From: Steroidobacteraceae bacterium
Lineage (GTDB): Bacteria; Pseudomonadota; Gammaproteobacteria; Steroidobacterales; Steroidobacteraceae
Direction of reading: 5' to 3'
Assembly: GCA_036493935.1 (NCBI GenBank)
Contig: DASXOY010000001.1
Coordinates: 64,702-128,701 of the forward strand
Length of the DNA stretch: 64,000 nt
Below the pieces are notes generated by a model. The model searched no databases. It saw nothing but the letters and a program-made list of their open reading frames with translations, and was not told the DNA's origin. Position 1 is the first letter of the stretch. Each line of letters opens with the position of its first letter. Position numbers and translations under genes: made by a program. Positions 53,299 through 60,929 of the stretch are shown in pieces.

Positions 53299-54137
53299 TG
53301 GCGCCGCGACCGCCACGAGGCGCGCCGGCTCGCAAGCGCGCCTTTACCAAGGGCACCGCCAATGATGCACCGCCAAGCGAGCGGGTGCAGAAATTGCTGT
53401 CGGCCGCGGGCATCGGATCGCGGCGCGAAGTGGAACGCTGGATTCGTGAATCCCGGCTGAAAATCAACGGCGAGGTGCCGGCGTTAGGCGCCAAGCTCAC
53501 CGCGCGCGATCGGATTACCTTGGATGGCCGGCCCGTAAGGCTGCACGCATCCACCGCGAAAGAAGCGCGCATCCTGCTGTTTCATCGCTCGCCGGGCGAA
53601 AACCTGGACCTGAAGGCGGCGACTTCGCGCGCGGCAGAGCACCTGCAATTGCCGCGCTCGTCGGGTCGCTGGCTGGCCATCCAGCCGATGCCGCCGGTGG
53701 ACGGCGGCTTGGAAATTCTGACTGATGACGGCTCCTGGGCGCATCGCGTTTCGCGAGGGGTGCATGCACTCACCGTCGACTATGTGCTGCGCATGCGCGG
53801 ACCGTTGAAGGAAGCGATTGTTGACGAATTCCGGGCAGCCACCGACTGCGAAGGTGAAGCCATGAGCATTCTGCAGGCAGACGCAAAATATGGCGAGGGA
53901 TTCAACCACTGGCTTACCGTGACCGTACGAGCGACGCGCTCGGCACAAGTGCGGCACTGGTTTGCCGCTCGCGGAATCATCGTGAGCCGCCTGATGCGCG
54001 TGCGCTTCGGGCCGGTGCACTTATCGCGCGATCTGCCGCGAGGCCATTCCAGAGCCATGCTGGCGAGCGAGCGCAATGCGCTGATGAACGAGATCGCGGC
54101 GGCCGCGCCTTCTGCGGACGCTCCCGCTCCGGTCTAA
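53295..54137 (+). CDS. RluB/RsuA-family pseudouridine synthase homologue with a divergent catalytic motif
   Basis: S4 domain ERVQKLLSAAGIGSRREVERWI. Core RWLAIQPMPPVDGGLEILTDDG sits where the family has RW.AVGRLD..T.GLLL.T.DG. Occupies the position after scpB that rluB usually holds. Confidence 0.7.
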   Translation: MMAPRPPRGAPARKRAFTKGTANDAPPSERVQKLLSAAGIGSRREVERWIRESRLKINGEVPALGAKLTARDRITLDGRPVRLHASTAKEARILLFHRSPGENLDLKAATSRAAEHLQLPRSSGRWLAIQPMPPVDGGLEILTDDGSWAHRVSRGVHALTVDYVLRMRGPLKEAIVDEFRAATDCEGEAMSILQADAKYGEGFNHWLTVTVRATRSAQVRHWFAARGIIVSRLMRVRFGPVHLSRDLPRGHSRAMLASERNALMNEIAAAAPSADAPAPV

Positions 54138-55240
54138 TTCCCCGCCGCGCCGCTCTTCGAAGACTCCAGCAGCTGCGCCAGATACTGCTGCCAGACAGCC
54201 GCCCAGGTGTGGGTGCCGTGCCCATGTGTTTTATCGGATGCCGGCAACAGCACGAAGCGGCCGTTCTTCACGCGCTTGATCTCGCGTTCCGCGATGCCTA
54301 GGTCCGGCGGATTGACGAAATCATCGGCGGAGTTGATGTGCAGCAGGGGCGCCTTGATCTTTTCCAGGCCGGGCGAGGGATCATAGTCGCGCGATGCATT
54401 GACCGCGTACAGGAAATCGTTCGCGTCCAAGTTTTCCATTTGGCGCGGCATGTATTTTTCCAGAAACTCGTCGGCCGCGTCCCGGGTCGGCAAGGTGATC
54501 TGCATCTGAATAGGCGCGCTGCCTGCGATCAGCAGCAGTCCGGCCACTGTGCGCAGGGCGGCGATGGGCTGGGTCGTATAGTCGCCCTTCATCCATTGCG
54601 GATCATTGCGGATCGCGTCCATGGTCAGGTCGCGCCACAGGCGGTTGCGTCCGGCGATTTGCACCGGCAGACAGGCGAGCGGCATCAAAGCATCCATGAA
54701 ATCCGGGTAGGCTTCGCCCCACATGAAGGTGTGCATGCAGCCCATCGAGGTTCCCATGACGAGGCGCAGATGGTTCACGTCAAGGCCCTTGGTAAGCAGC
54801 AGGTATTGCGCCAACACCATGTCTTGATAGGAGTATTGAGGAAATTTCATGCGCAACGCGTCACTGGGCTTGCTTGATTTTCCGTGCCCGATGCCGTCCG
54901 GCAGAATGATGTAATACTTTTCCGCGTCCAGCAGTTGCCCTTTTTGGAACAGCACACCGGAGAATCTTTCGTTAATGAGGCTGCGGCCGGATCCGCCGGT
55001 GCCGTGCATGACAAGCACGGCGTTGGTGACGCGTCCGGAGGCATCCCTTTTTGCCTTGCCGAAATACGTATAGTGAATCCGCAGTTCCGGCAGCGTCTCT
55101 CCAGAGGCGAAGTGGAAATCATGGATGACGTAGTCGCTCTCGAGCGGCCGGGCATCCAACGCAGCAGCGTTGCCGGCGGCGCCCACACCCGTGCAGAACA
55201 AGGCCAATAAGGCGCCGCTGTAGAGTTTGCGTAAATTCAT
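54134..55240 (-). CDS. Secreted alpha/beta hydrolase (homoserine O-acetyltransferase-like fold)
   Basis: Signal peptide; HGTGGSG; nucleophile elbow GTSMGC; 368 aa. Confidence 0.7.
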   Translation of the reverse strand: MNLRKLYSGALLALFCTGVGAAGNAAALDARPLESDYVIHDFHFASGETLPELRIHYTYFGKAKRDASGRVTNAVLVMHGTGGSGRSLINERFSGVLFQKGQLLDAEKYYIILPDGIGHGKSSKPSDALRMKFPQYSYQDMVLAQYLLLTKGLDVNHLRLVMGTSMGCMHTFMWGEAYPDFMDALMPLACLPVQIAGRNRLWRDLTMDAIRNDPQWMKGDYTTQPIAALRTVAGLLLIAGSAPIQMQITLPTRDAADEFLEKYMPRQMENLDANDFLYAVNASRDYDPSPGLEKIKAPLLHINSADDFVNPPDLGIAEREIKRVKNGRFVLLPASDKTHGHGTHTWAAVWQQYLAQLLESSKSGAAGN

Positions 55241-55260
55241 CCTTAGGATTCCTCGAATTG

Positions 55261-56019
55261 TTATTGCGCGTCAATAAACTGACCATCAATACCGCGACCG
55301 CGTTCGCTCAGCAAGTACAAAAAGGGACCGGTTACGGATTCCGCGGCAGGCACGGTGTTAGGGTCCTCCGCAGGATACGCCGCCGCCCGCATCGCCGTTC
55401 GTATCCGTCCCGGATTCACGCTGTTGATGCGGATGTTCGCCTCGCCCTCCAGCTCCTCGAACAGCATGGCTCGAACCGACTCCAGCCCCGCCTTGGAGAC
55501 TGCGTAGGCGCCCCAAAATGGCCGCGCTTGCTTCACCACGCCGCTGCTCACGAAAATCACCGAGGCGTCCGCGGATTTTCGCATTTCAGGCAGCAGCACC
55601 TGCGTCAGGATGAAGGGCGCCGTCAAATTCACGTGCAAAACCTTACACCACAAGGGCACGTCATATTGCTCCAAGGGCGTGCGATCGCCGAGCAACGCTG
55701 CCGCATGAACCAGTCCATCCAGCTTGCCGAATTCCGTGCCGACCGTCCGGGCGAGCGCGTCGTACTCCACCGCGGTAGCTGCGGCCAGGTCCAGCGTGGC
55801 GATCGCCGGCTGCGCTGTACCGCCGAACGACTCGATCTCGTCGTACACCCGCTCCAACTTGGTGCTGTTGCGGCCCGAAAGAATGACGGTAGCGCCGGCG
55901 CGCGCGCAACGGATGGCAAGCGCGCGTCCCAGTCCGCTGCCTGCCCCGGTAATCAGAATTACGCGCCCTTTGAGCAGCGCGGCGTCAGGTGCGAAATCAG
56001 CGGGTATCGTTCGAGGCAT
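55261..56019 (-). CDS. yciK: SDR-family oxidoreductase YciK
   Basis: Aligns over its full length with E. coli YciK as recalled: ILITGAGSGLGRA, GAYAVSK (YxxxK), NPGRIRTAMRAAAYPAEDP. The ATG at 56019 shares one nt with the upstream stop. Confidence 0.85.
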   Translation of the reverse strand: MPRTIPADFAPDAALLKGRVILITGAGSGLGRALAIRCARAGATVILSGRNSTKLERVYDEIESFGGTAQPAIATLDLAAATAVEYDALARTVGTEFGKLDGLVHAAALLGDRTPLEQYDVPLWCKVLHVNLTAPFILTQVLLPEMRKSADASVIFVSSGVVKQARPFWGAYAVSKAGLESVRAMLFEELEGEANIRINSVNPGRIRTAMRAAAYPAEDPNTVPAAESVTGPFLYLLSERGRGIDGQFIDAQ

Positions 56020-56861
56020 CAATGCTTTTCCTGCGCGCGCCGCGCCGTTGACCACGCGAGCAGCATATCCTGCAGGCGGTGAGACTCAAGGGTTGCCGTT
56101 CGGCTCTGCAAGTGACGCGAACCCAGCGCAGCCGATATCAGCAAATGACGATGCTCTCTGCGGCATTCCGCGGGCAGCACCTGCGCAGCGGTTTCATAGC
56201 TGCGGGCTGCGCGCAGCCGCAGCTGCTGCAAATAGCGCGAAAGTTTCGGAGGCGGCGGATCGGCGTTGAGATCGGCATTGTCCACTCCCGCAGCCAGAAG
56301 CTCGTCCACCGCAAAAAGTACGCGCCCGAATCGAGCTTCGCGCCGGTAGTCGCGGCTGGTGCGCGCCAGGTAGTCCGCTACCGCCAGCGCCCGAAGGCAA
56401 TTCTGCAGCCCATCCTCATTGCATTCCGCCGCGGCGAGGCGCGAAGCTACGCCAAGGGGCAGCGCGCGCAGCGCCTCCGCGTGCTGCTCGAGCTCCGTGC
56501 TCCGTTCCAGCGGTACGCCGCTGCACTCCGCGACCGATGCATCGACCGCATCGGCGAGAGGGCTGAAATCGACGTCCGCGGCGCGCGGCAGCGAAGCGAG
56601 GTACACGCCGATGGGGTGAACCGGTGATCGAGCGATGAGGCGGCGGATTTCCTCCTGCCACCACGCCAGCTTCATGCGGGCGGCGCTAGGCTCAGAGGCA
56701 GGATCCGTCAACGCCTGCCACTCGGCCAACAGTGCAAAGATTCCGAGCAGGGGCGGGCGGGCGGCCTCCGATGCGAACAGCCAGCTCCAGTAGCGCGCCG
56801 ATCCCAAGGGTATGGCGCGCGTACGGTAGCTGCCATCAAGGCTCTTCGGGGCCGGGCTCAT
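56019..56861 (-). CDS. Squalene/phytoene synthase-family (isoprenoid synthase fold) protein, Asp-rich motifs degenerate
   Basis: N-terminal GSARYWSWLFASEAARPPLLGIFALLAEW resembles the family GS..YY..LF.P...R.A..ALYAF.RE.DD block. SRDYRREARFGRVLFAVDEL resembles the second motif region. Confidence 0.55.
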   Translation of the reverse strand: MSPAPKSLDGSYRTRAIPLGSARYWSWLFASEAARPPLLGIFALLAEWQALTDPASEPSAARMKLAWWQEEIRRLIARSPVHPIGVYLASLPRAADVDFSPLADAVDASVAECSGVPLERSTELEQHAEALRALPLGVASRLAAAECNEDGLQNCLRALAVADYLARTSRDYRREARFGRVLFAVDELLAAGVDNADLNADPPPPKLSRYLQQLRLRAARSYETAAQVLPAECRREHRHLLISAALGSRHLQSRTATLESHRLQDMLLAWSTARRAQEKH

Positions 56862-58149
56862 CGGACATATCGGAGTCGGTGGGATCCGCCGGATCAGCGG
56901 CCTCGGCGCGCGGCGTCCGCGTCAATCTCTCGATCGGTTCGATGGATTCGATCTCGCGGGTGACGCGCAACCCGAGCGACTCGAAGCGGCGCGCGGCCGG
57001 CAGCACCTGTTGCTCCAAAGAACCCACGGCTCGGTTGAAAGAGTCGACGCTGCCGCCCAGCGATTTGCCCAGCTTTCCGAGGTGCTCGCCGAACACCGCC
57101 AGCCGCTTGTAGAGATCTTCTCCGAGTTGCCGGACTTCCTTGGCATTTTCGGCCAGCACGGTCTGCTTCCAGCCGTACGAGATCACCTTCAGGAGCGCGA
57201 TGAGGCTGGTGGGCGTCGCGAGCATGATATTTTGACGCATGGCTTCATCGACCAATCCCGGATTTTCTTGCAACGCGGCCGACAAGAACTGATCTCCGGG
57301 CAGAAACAACACGACAAAATCAGGGCTGCGCTCAAACTGCGACCAGTACTGCTTGGAAGACAGCTCCCTGATACGCGCGCCGACGATCTGCCCGTGCCGG
57401 CGTAACTGCGCGTTTCGATCCTCATCGCTCTGAGCTTCGACTGCCGCAAGATAGGCATCCAAGGGCGTTTTGACGTCCACCACGATGTCGCGCTGCTCCG
57501 GCATGTGCACGATCATGTCCGGGCGAATCGCACCCGACTCGGTGACCAGGTGCTTTTGTTCAGTGAAGTCGACGTGCAAGCTCATGCCGGACAGCTCGAC
57601 CACGCGCCGCAGCGTGATCTCGCCCCATTGCCCGCGCACACCCGGGCGCCGCAGCGCCGTCACGAGATTGCGTGTCTCGCGCGACAGCGCGTTTTGCCCC
57701 GTCGCCAATCCTTCCATCTGCGTCTTCATGGTCGCAAAGGAATCGATGCGCTCGCGTTCGATTGCCTGAATCTGCGCTTCTGTTTTTGCCAAGGCTTCAC
57801 GGATCGGCTTCACTAGGGATTCGATTGCGGATTCACGCTCCTTCAAAACCTGCGATGCGTCGAGCTGCTGCCGAGCCAACCGTTCGCGGGCGAGCTGCAG
57901 AAACACTTCGCTGTTGCTCTGCAAGCTCTCACGCGCCAACTCGCCGAACACGCCGCGCAATTGGTCCTGCGCGCGCGCAGCGGCTTGTTCGCGTTCCGCG
58001 CTCAAGTCCGCTTCGTTCTGCAATCGAGCGCGCAGCACTTCGGCTTCGATGCGCAATGCCTGCTCGCGGCGGGCACGCCACAGCAGTGCTGCCAAGGCGC
58101 CCAACACCATGCCGGCGAGCAATGACAGCCAGATTTTGATGTCGCTCAT
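56836..58149 (-). CDS. rmuC: DNA recombination protein RmuC
   Basis: N-terminal TM, long coiled coil, then the RmuC nuclease-like core (VDVKTPLDAYL...FVVLFLPGDQFLSAA...MLATPTSLIALL). ATG at 58149, in an ATGA overlap with the gph stop. Confidence 0.9.
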   Translation of the reverse strand: MSDIKIWLSLLAGMVLGALAALLWRARREQALRIEAEVLRARLQNEADLSAEREQAAARAQDQLRGVFGELARESLQSNSEVFLQLARERLARQQLDASQVLKERESAIESLVKPIREALAKTEAQIQAIERERIDSFATMKTQMEGLATGQNALSRETRNLVTALRRPGVRGQWGEITLRRVVELSGMSLHVDFTEQKHLVTESGAIRPDMIVHMPEQRDIVVDVKTPLDAYLAAVEAQSDEDRNAQLRRHGQIVGARIRELSSKQYWSQFERSPDFVVLFLPGDQFLSAALQENPGLVDEAMRQNIMLATPTSLIALLKVISYGWKQTVLAENAKEVRQLGEDLYKRLAVFGEHLGKLGKSLGGSVDSFNRAVGSLEQQVLPAARRFESLGLRVTREIESIEPIERLTRTPRAEAADPADPTDSDMSDEPGPEEP

Positions 58150-58817
58150 AGCCGGCCGCTGGCCTTGAGCCAATCCAAGAGATCCAGGGGGCGGTTCAAG
58201 TAGCCGTCGCCGCCCCACGCGGAGGAATCCTCATCGGCACGTAGATAGCCGTAGTTGGCCACCAGCGCCGGCATGGCTGCGCGATGCGCCGCCTGCACGT
58301 CGCGCTCCGCGTCGCCGACATAAATGCATTCGGCCGGACTGACCTCGGCGAGGGCCGCCGCATGCAGCAGCGGCATCGGATGCGGTTTGCGTTCGGCCAG
58401 AGTATCGCCGCTGACGACGCAACTGAAGCGGGCGCGAAGTCCCAGCTCCTCGAGCAACGGGTCGGTAAGCCAAGCAGCTTTGTTGGTGACGATGCCGCAC
58501 TTGATTTGCCAACCGGCCAGAGCGTCGAGCACTGCGTCCATGCCGGGGAATAGCCGTGTCTCGCGGCTCAGGGCGCCGCGATAAATCTCCAAGAAGCGCT
58601 GCTGCAGCCGAAGCAGTGTTTCCGGATCGGCGTCCGAAAATCCTGCCTTTACCACGCGCGCGGCTCCGTGGCTTACGGCACTGCGAATGAGCTCGTAGGG
58701 TAGGGGCGCCAGCGATTGCTCTCCGCGCAGCGCATTCAAGGCTCCGACCATGTCCGGCGCGGTGTCCAGCAAAGTGCCGTCCAGGTCGAATAGCACAGCC
58801 CGCAAAGCGGGCGCCAT
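58146..58817 (-). CDS. gph: HAD-family phosphoglycolate phosphatase-like hydrolase
   Basis: AVLFDLDGTLLDT (motif I), GIVTNK (motif II), YVGDAERD (motif IV). Start at the ATG at 58817. Confidence 0.8.
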   Translation of the reverse strand: MAPALRAVLFDLDGTLLDTAPDMVGALNALRGEQSLAPLPYELIRSAVSHGAARVVKAGFSDADPETLLRLQQRFLEIYRGALSRETRLFPGMDAVLDALAGWQIKCGIVTNKAAWLTDPLLEELGLRARFSCVVSGDTLAERKPHPMPLLHAAALAEVSPAECIYVGDAERDVQAAHRAAMPALVANYGYLRADEDSSAWGGDGYLNRPLDLLDWLKASGRL

Positions 58818-58818
58818 G

Positions 58819-59529
58819 TCAGGCGCGGCGTTTGAAATGCGCAAGGTAGTTGATGTCTGTGTTCAGTGAGAGGCGAAATGCGCGCGTCAGGGGATTGTAA
58901 GTGATGCCGGTGAGGTCGATCAGAGCTAATCCGGCTTCGCGGCCCCAGCGCGCCAGTTCGGAAGGGCGGATGAACTTCAAGTACTCGTGCGTGCCGCGCG
59001 GCAGAATTCGGGCAATGTATTCAGCACCGATGATGGCCACCGCAAATGCCTGAGGCTTGCGGTTCAACGTGGAGACGATGAGATCGCCGCCGGGCTTGAC
59101 CAGGGAAGCCAAGGATTTGAGCATGGCTGCCGGGGCCGGAACGTGCTCGAGCATTTCCATGCAGGTGACCAGATCGAACGTTCCGGCCGCCGCCGCCGCC
59201 AGATCCTCCGCGGCCACCGCTCGATATTCGATCTTGAGGTTGCTTTCCAGCGCGTGCAATTCGGCGACATCGAGCACCGCTTGCGCGAGATCGATTCCGA
59301 GCACGCGGGCGCCGCCGTGCGCCATTGCCTCGCTCAAGATTCCACCGCCGCACCCCACATCGAGAACCAGCGCATCCTGCAGCCGCACCGCCTTGTCGAT
59401 GTAACGCATGCGCAGCGGATTGAGTTCATGCAGCGGCCTTGAGGGGCCGGCCGGATCCCACCAGCTCTGCGCCAGAGAAGCAAACTTGGCAAGCTCAGCG
59501 GGATCCGCATTTTGTGTCGGTGCGCTCAT
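58819..59529 (-). CDS. ubiG: Bifunctional 3-demethylubiquinol / 2-polyprenyl-6-hydroxyphenol O-methyltransferase UbiG
   Basis: ELAKFASLAQSWWDPAGPSRPLHELNPLRMRYI; SAM motif VLDVGCGGGILSE; CMEMLEHVP. Confidence 0.9.
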   Translation of the reverse strand: MSAPTQNADPAELAKFASLAQSWWDPAGPSRPLHELNPLRMRYIDKAVRLQDALVLDVGCGGGILSEAMAHGGARVLGIDLAQAVLDVAELHALESNLKIEYRAVAAEDLAAAAAGTFDLVTCMEMLEHVPAPAAMLKSLASLVKPGGDLIVSTLNRKPQAFAVAIIGAEYIARILPRGTHEYLKFIRPSELARWGREAGLALIDLTGITYNPLTRAFRLSLNTDINYLAHFKRRA

Positions 59530-60788
59530 CGATCACCTCGTGAGGTCATTCTGGCTGCCCACGCCGCGGACCTCGCAGCCACGTCCGGCCAATCGAGACG
59601 CGTCAGTTCCCCGCCCGACAGCAGCTGACGTCCCGCGACCCAAACATCGCTGACGATATCTCGGGCGCCGCCGAACACCAATTGCTCGACCGGATCGCCG
59701 ACGGGCTGCGTGCCAGGTCGAGATAAATCGGCGCAACAAAGATCCGCCCACTTGCCGGTTTCCAAAGTGCCGATCTCGCCCTCCAACCCCAGCGCCGAGG
59801 CGCCGCCTTGGGTGGCCGCATGCAGTGCATCCCAGGCACTGGTCAGCAGCGCGACGATTTTCATGTCGCCCCAGATGTCTTGGCTCAATGCCGCAGCGCC
59901 GGCGCTGCCGATGCCAAGCCGCGTGCCGCCGGCGACGACGGCCGCTATCGGCGGCAAGCCTTCTCCCTGCTTGAGGTCGCCTTGAGGGCACACCGTTATC
60001 GAGATCCCGGTGCGCTGCAAAAGGTTCATGTCGGCGGCGGTAATATGGACCATATGGCCGGCATTGAGAGCAGGGGTCAGCAGTCCTAGATTCCAGAGCC
60101 GTTCGAGCGGCCGCATCCCATGCGCTGCGACGCACGCAGCGATTTCCAGCGCGCATCGATGTAGGTCGATCATGATGCCGGCATCCAATTCATCGGCGAG
60201 CGTCGCGAGCCGCGCGAAGGTGGCGTCGCTCAAATTGTTCGCCGAGAGCGGCGCGAAGGCGGTCGACAGCAGCGGTTCACCCTTGTAGGAGTCGCGCAGC
60301 CGCAGGGCGCGGGTCAAGGATTGCGCCGCATCTTTGGCCCAGGCGCTCGGGCCGTCGCTAACCGGCATCCCCAGCACCGCGCGCATACCCTGTTCGTTTG
60401 CCGTGCGCGCCGTTTCTTCGGGAAAGAAAAAGCAATCGCAGAAACAGCTGATTCCGGAGCGCAGCATTTCGGCAATGGCCGCGAGGGTGCCATCGCGCAC
60501 CAAGTCAGGGTTCGCCAGCGCGTCGCTCGCCGCGCCGCCATCGGCGGCGCGGAACAGCGGCGCCGCCGCGCTCGATCGAGCATTGACCATGCCCGGCATG
60601 AGCAGATGCGAATTTCTCTGCAGCACAGCCCTGGCGGAATAACGTTCCGAGGCAAGCGCGCTCGGCAAAATATCAAGAATTCTGCCGTCGCGAACCAGCA
60701 GCGAATGATCCTTGAGGATCGCGCTTCGCGAGGTCATGGGGGCGATCCAGCGGACCTCGATGCGTAAATCGGCGGAGGCAATCGGCAT
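59526..60788 (-). CDS. TRZ/ATZ (MtaD-like) amidohydrolase homologue with metal-ligand positions substituted
   Basis: Family-wide similarity: LLMPGMVNA...VRDGTLAAIAEMLRSG..CF.D...RPLERLWNLGLL. However NAHxH is NARSS and GTDGAASNN is GSAGAAALS. Confidence 0.75.
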   Translation of the reverse strand: MPIASADLRIEVRWIAPMTSRSAILKDHSLLVRDGRILDILPSALASERYSARAVLQRNSHLLMPGMVNARSSAAAPLFRAADGGAASDALANPDLVRDGTLAAIAEMLRSGISCFCDCFFFPEETARTANEQGMRAVLGMPVSDGPSAWAKDAAQSLTRALRLRDSYKGEPLLSTAFAPLSANNLSDATFARLATLADELDAGIMIDLHRCALEIAACVAAHGMRPLERLWNLGLLTPALNAGHMVHITAADMNLLQRTGISITVCPQGDLKQGEGLPPIAAVVAGGTRLGIGSAGAAALSQDIWGDMKIVALLTSAWDALHAATQGGASALGLEGEIGTLETGKWADLCCADLSRPGTQPVGDPVEQLVFGGARDIVSDVWVAGRQLLSGGELTRLDWPDVAARSAAWAARMTSRGDR

Positions 60789-60823
60789 GGCCGAAGTATA
60801 TCGGCAAAACCCGCGCGGTAGGC

Positions 60824-60852
60824 TTAAGACCCATGCGGATATGTGCTAGAAT
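60824..60852 (+). promoter_or_regulatory. Candidate gyrA promoter with extended -10
   Basis: -35 TTAAGA (60824-60829), 17-nt spacer, TGcTAGAAT (60844-60852). Confidence 0.4.
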
Positions 60853-60929
60853 TTCGCCATGTTTCAGACCTGCCTTGCCCCCTTTAAACCCACTAATTAA
60901 AGTCCGATAAGTCACCGGACTCTCGCAAA

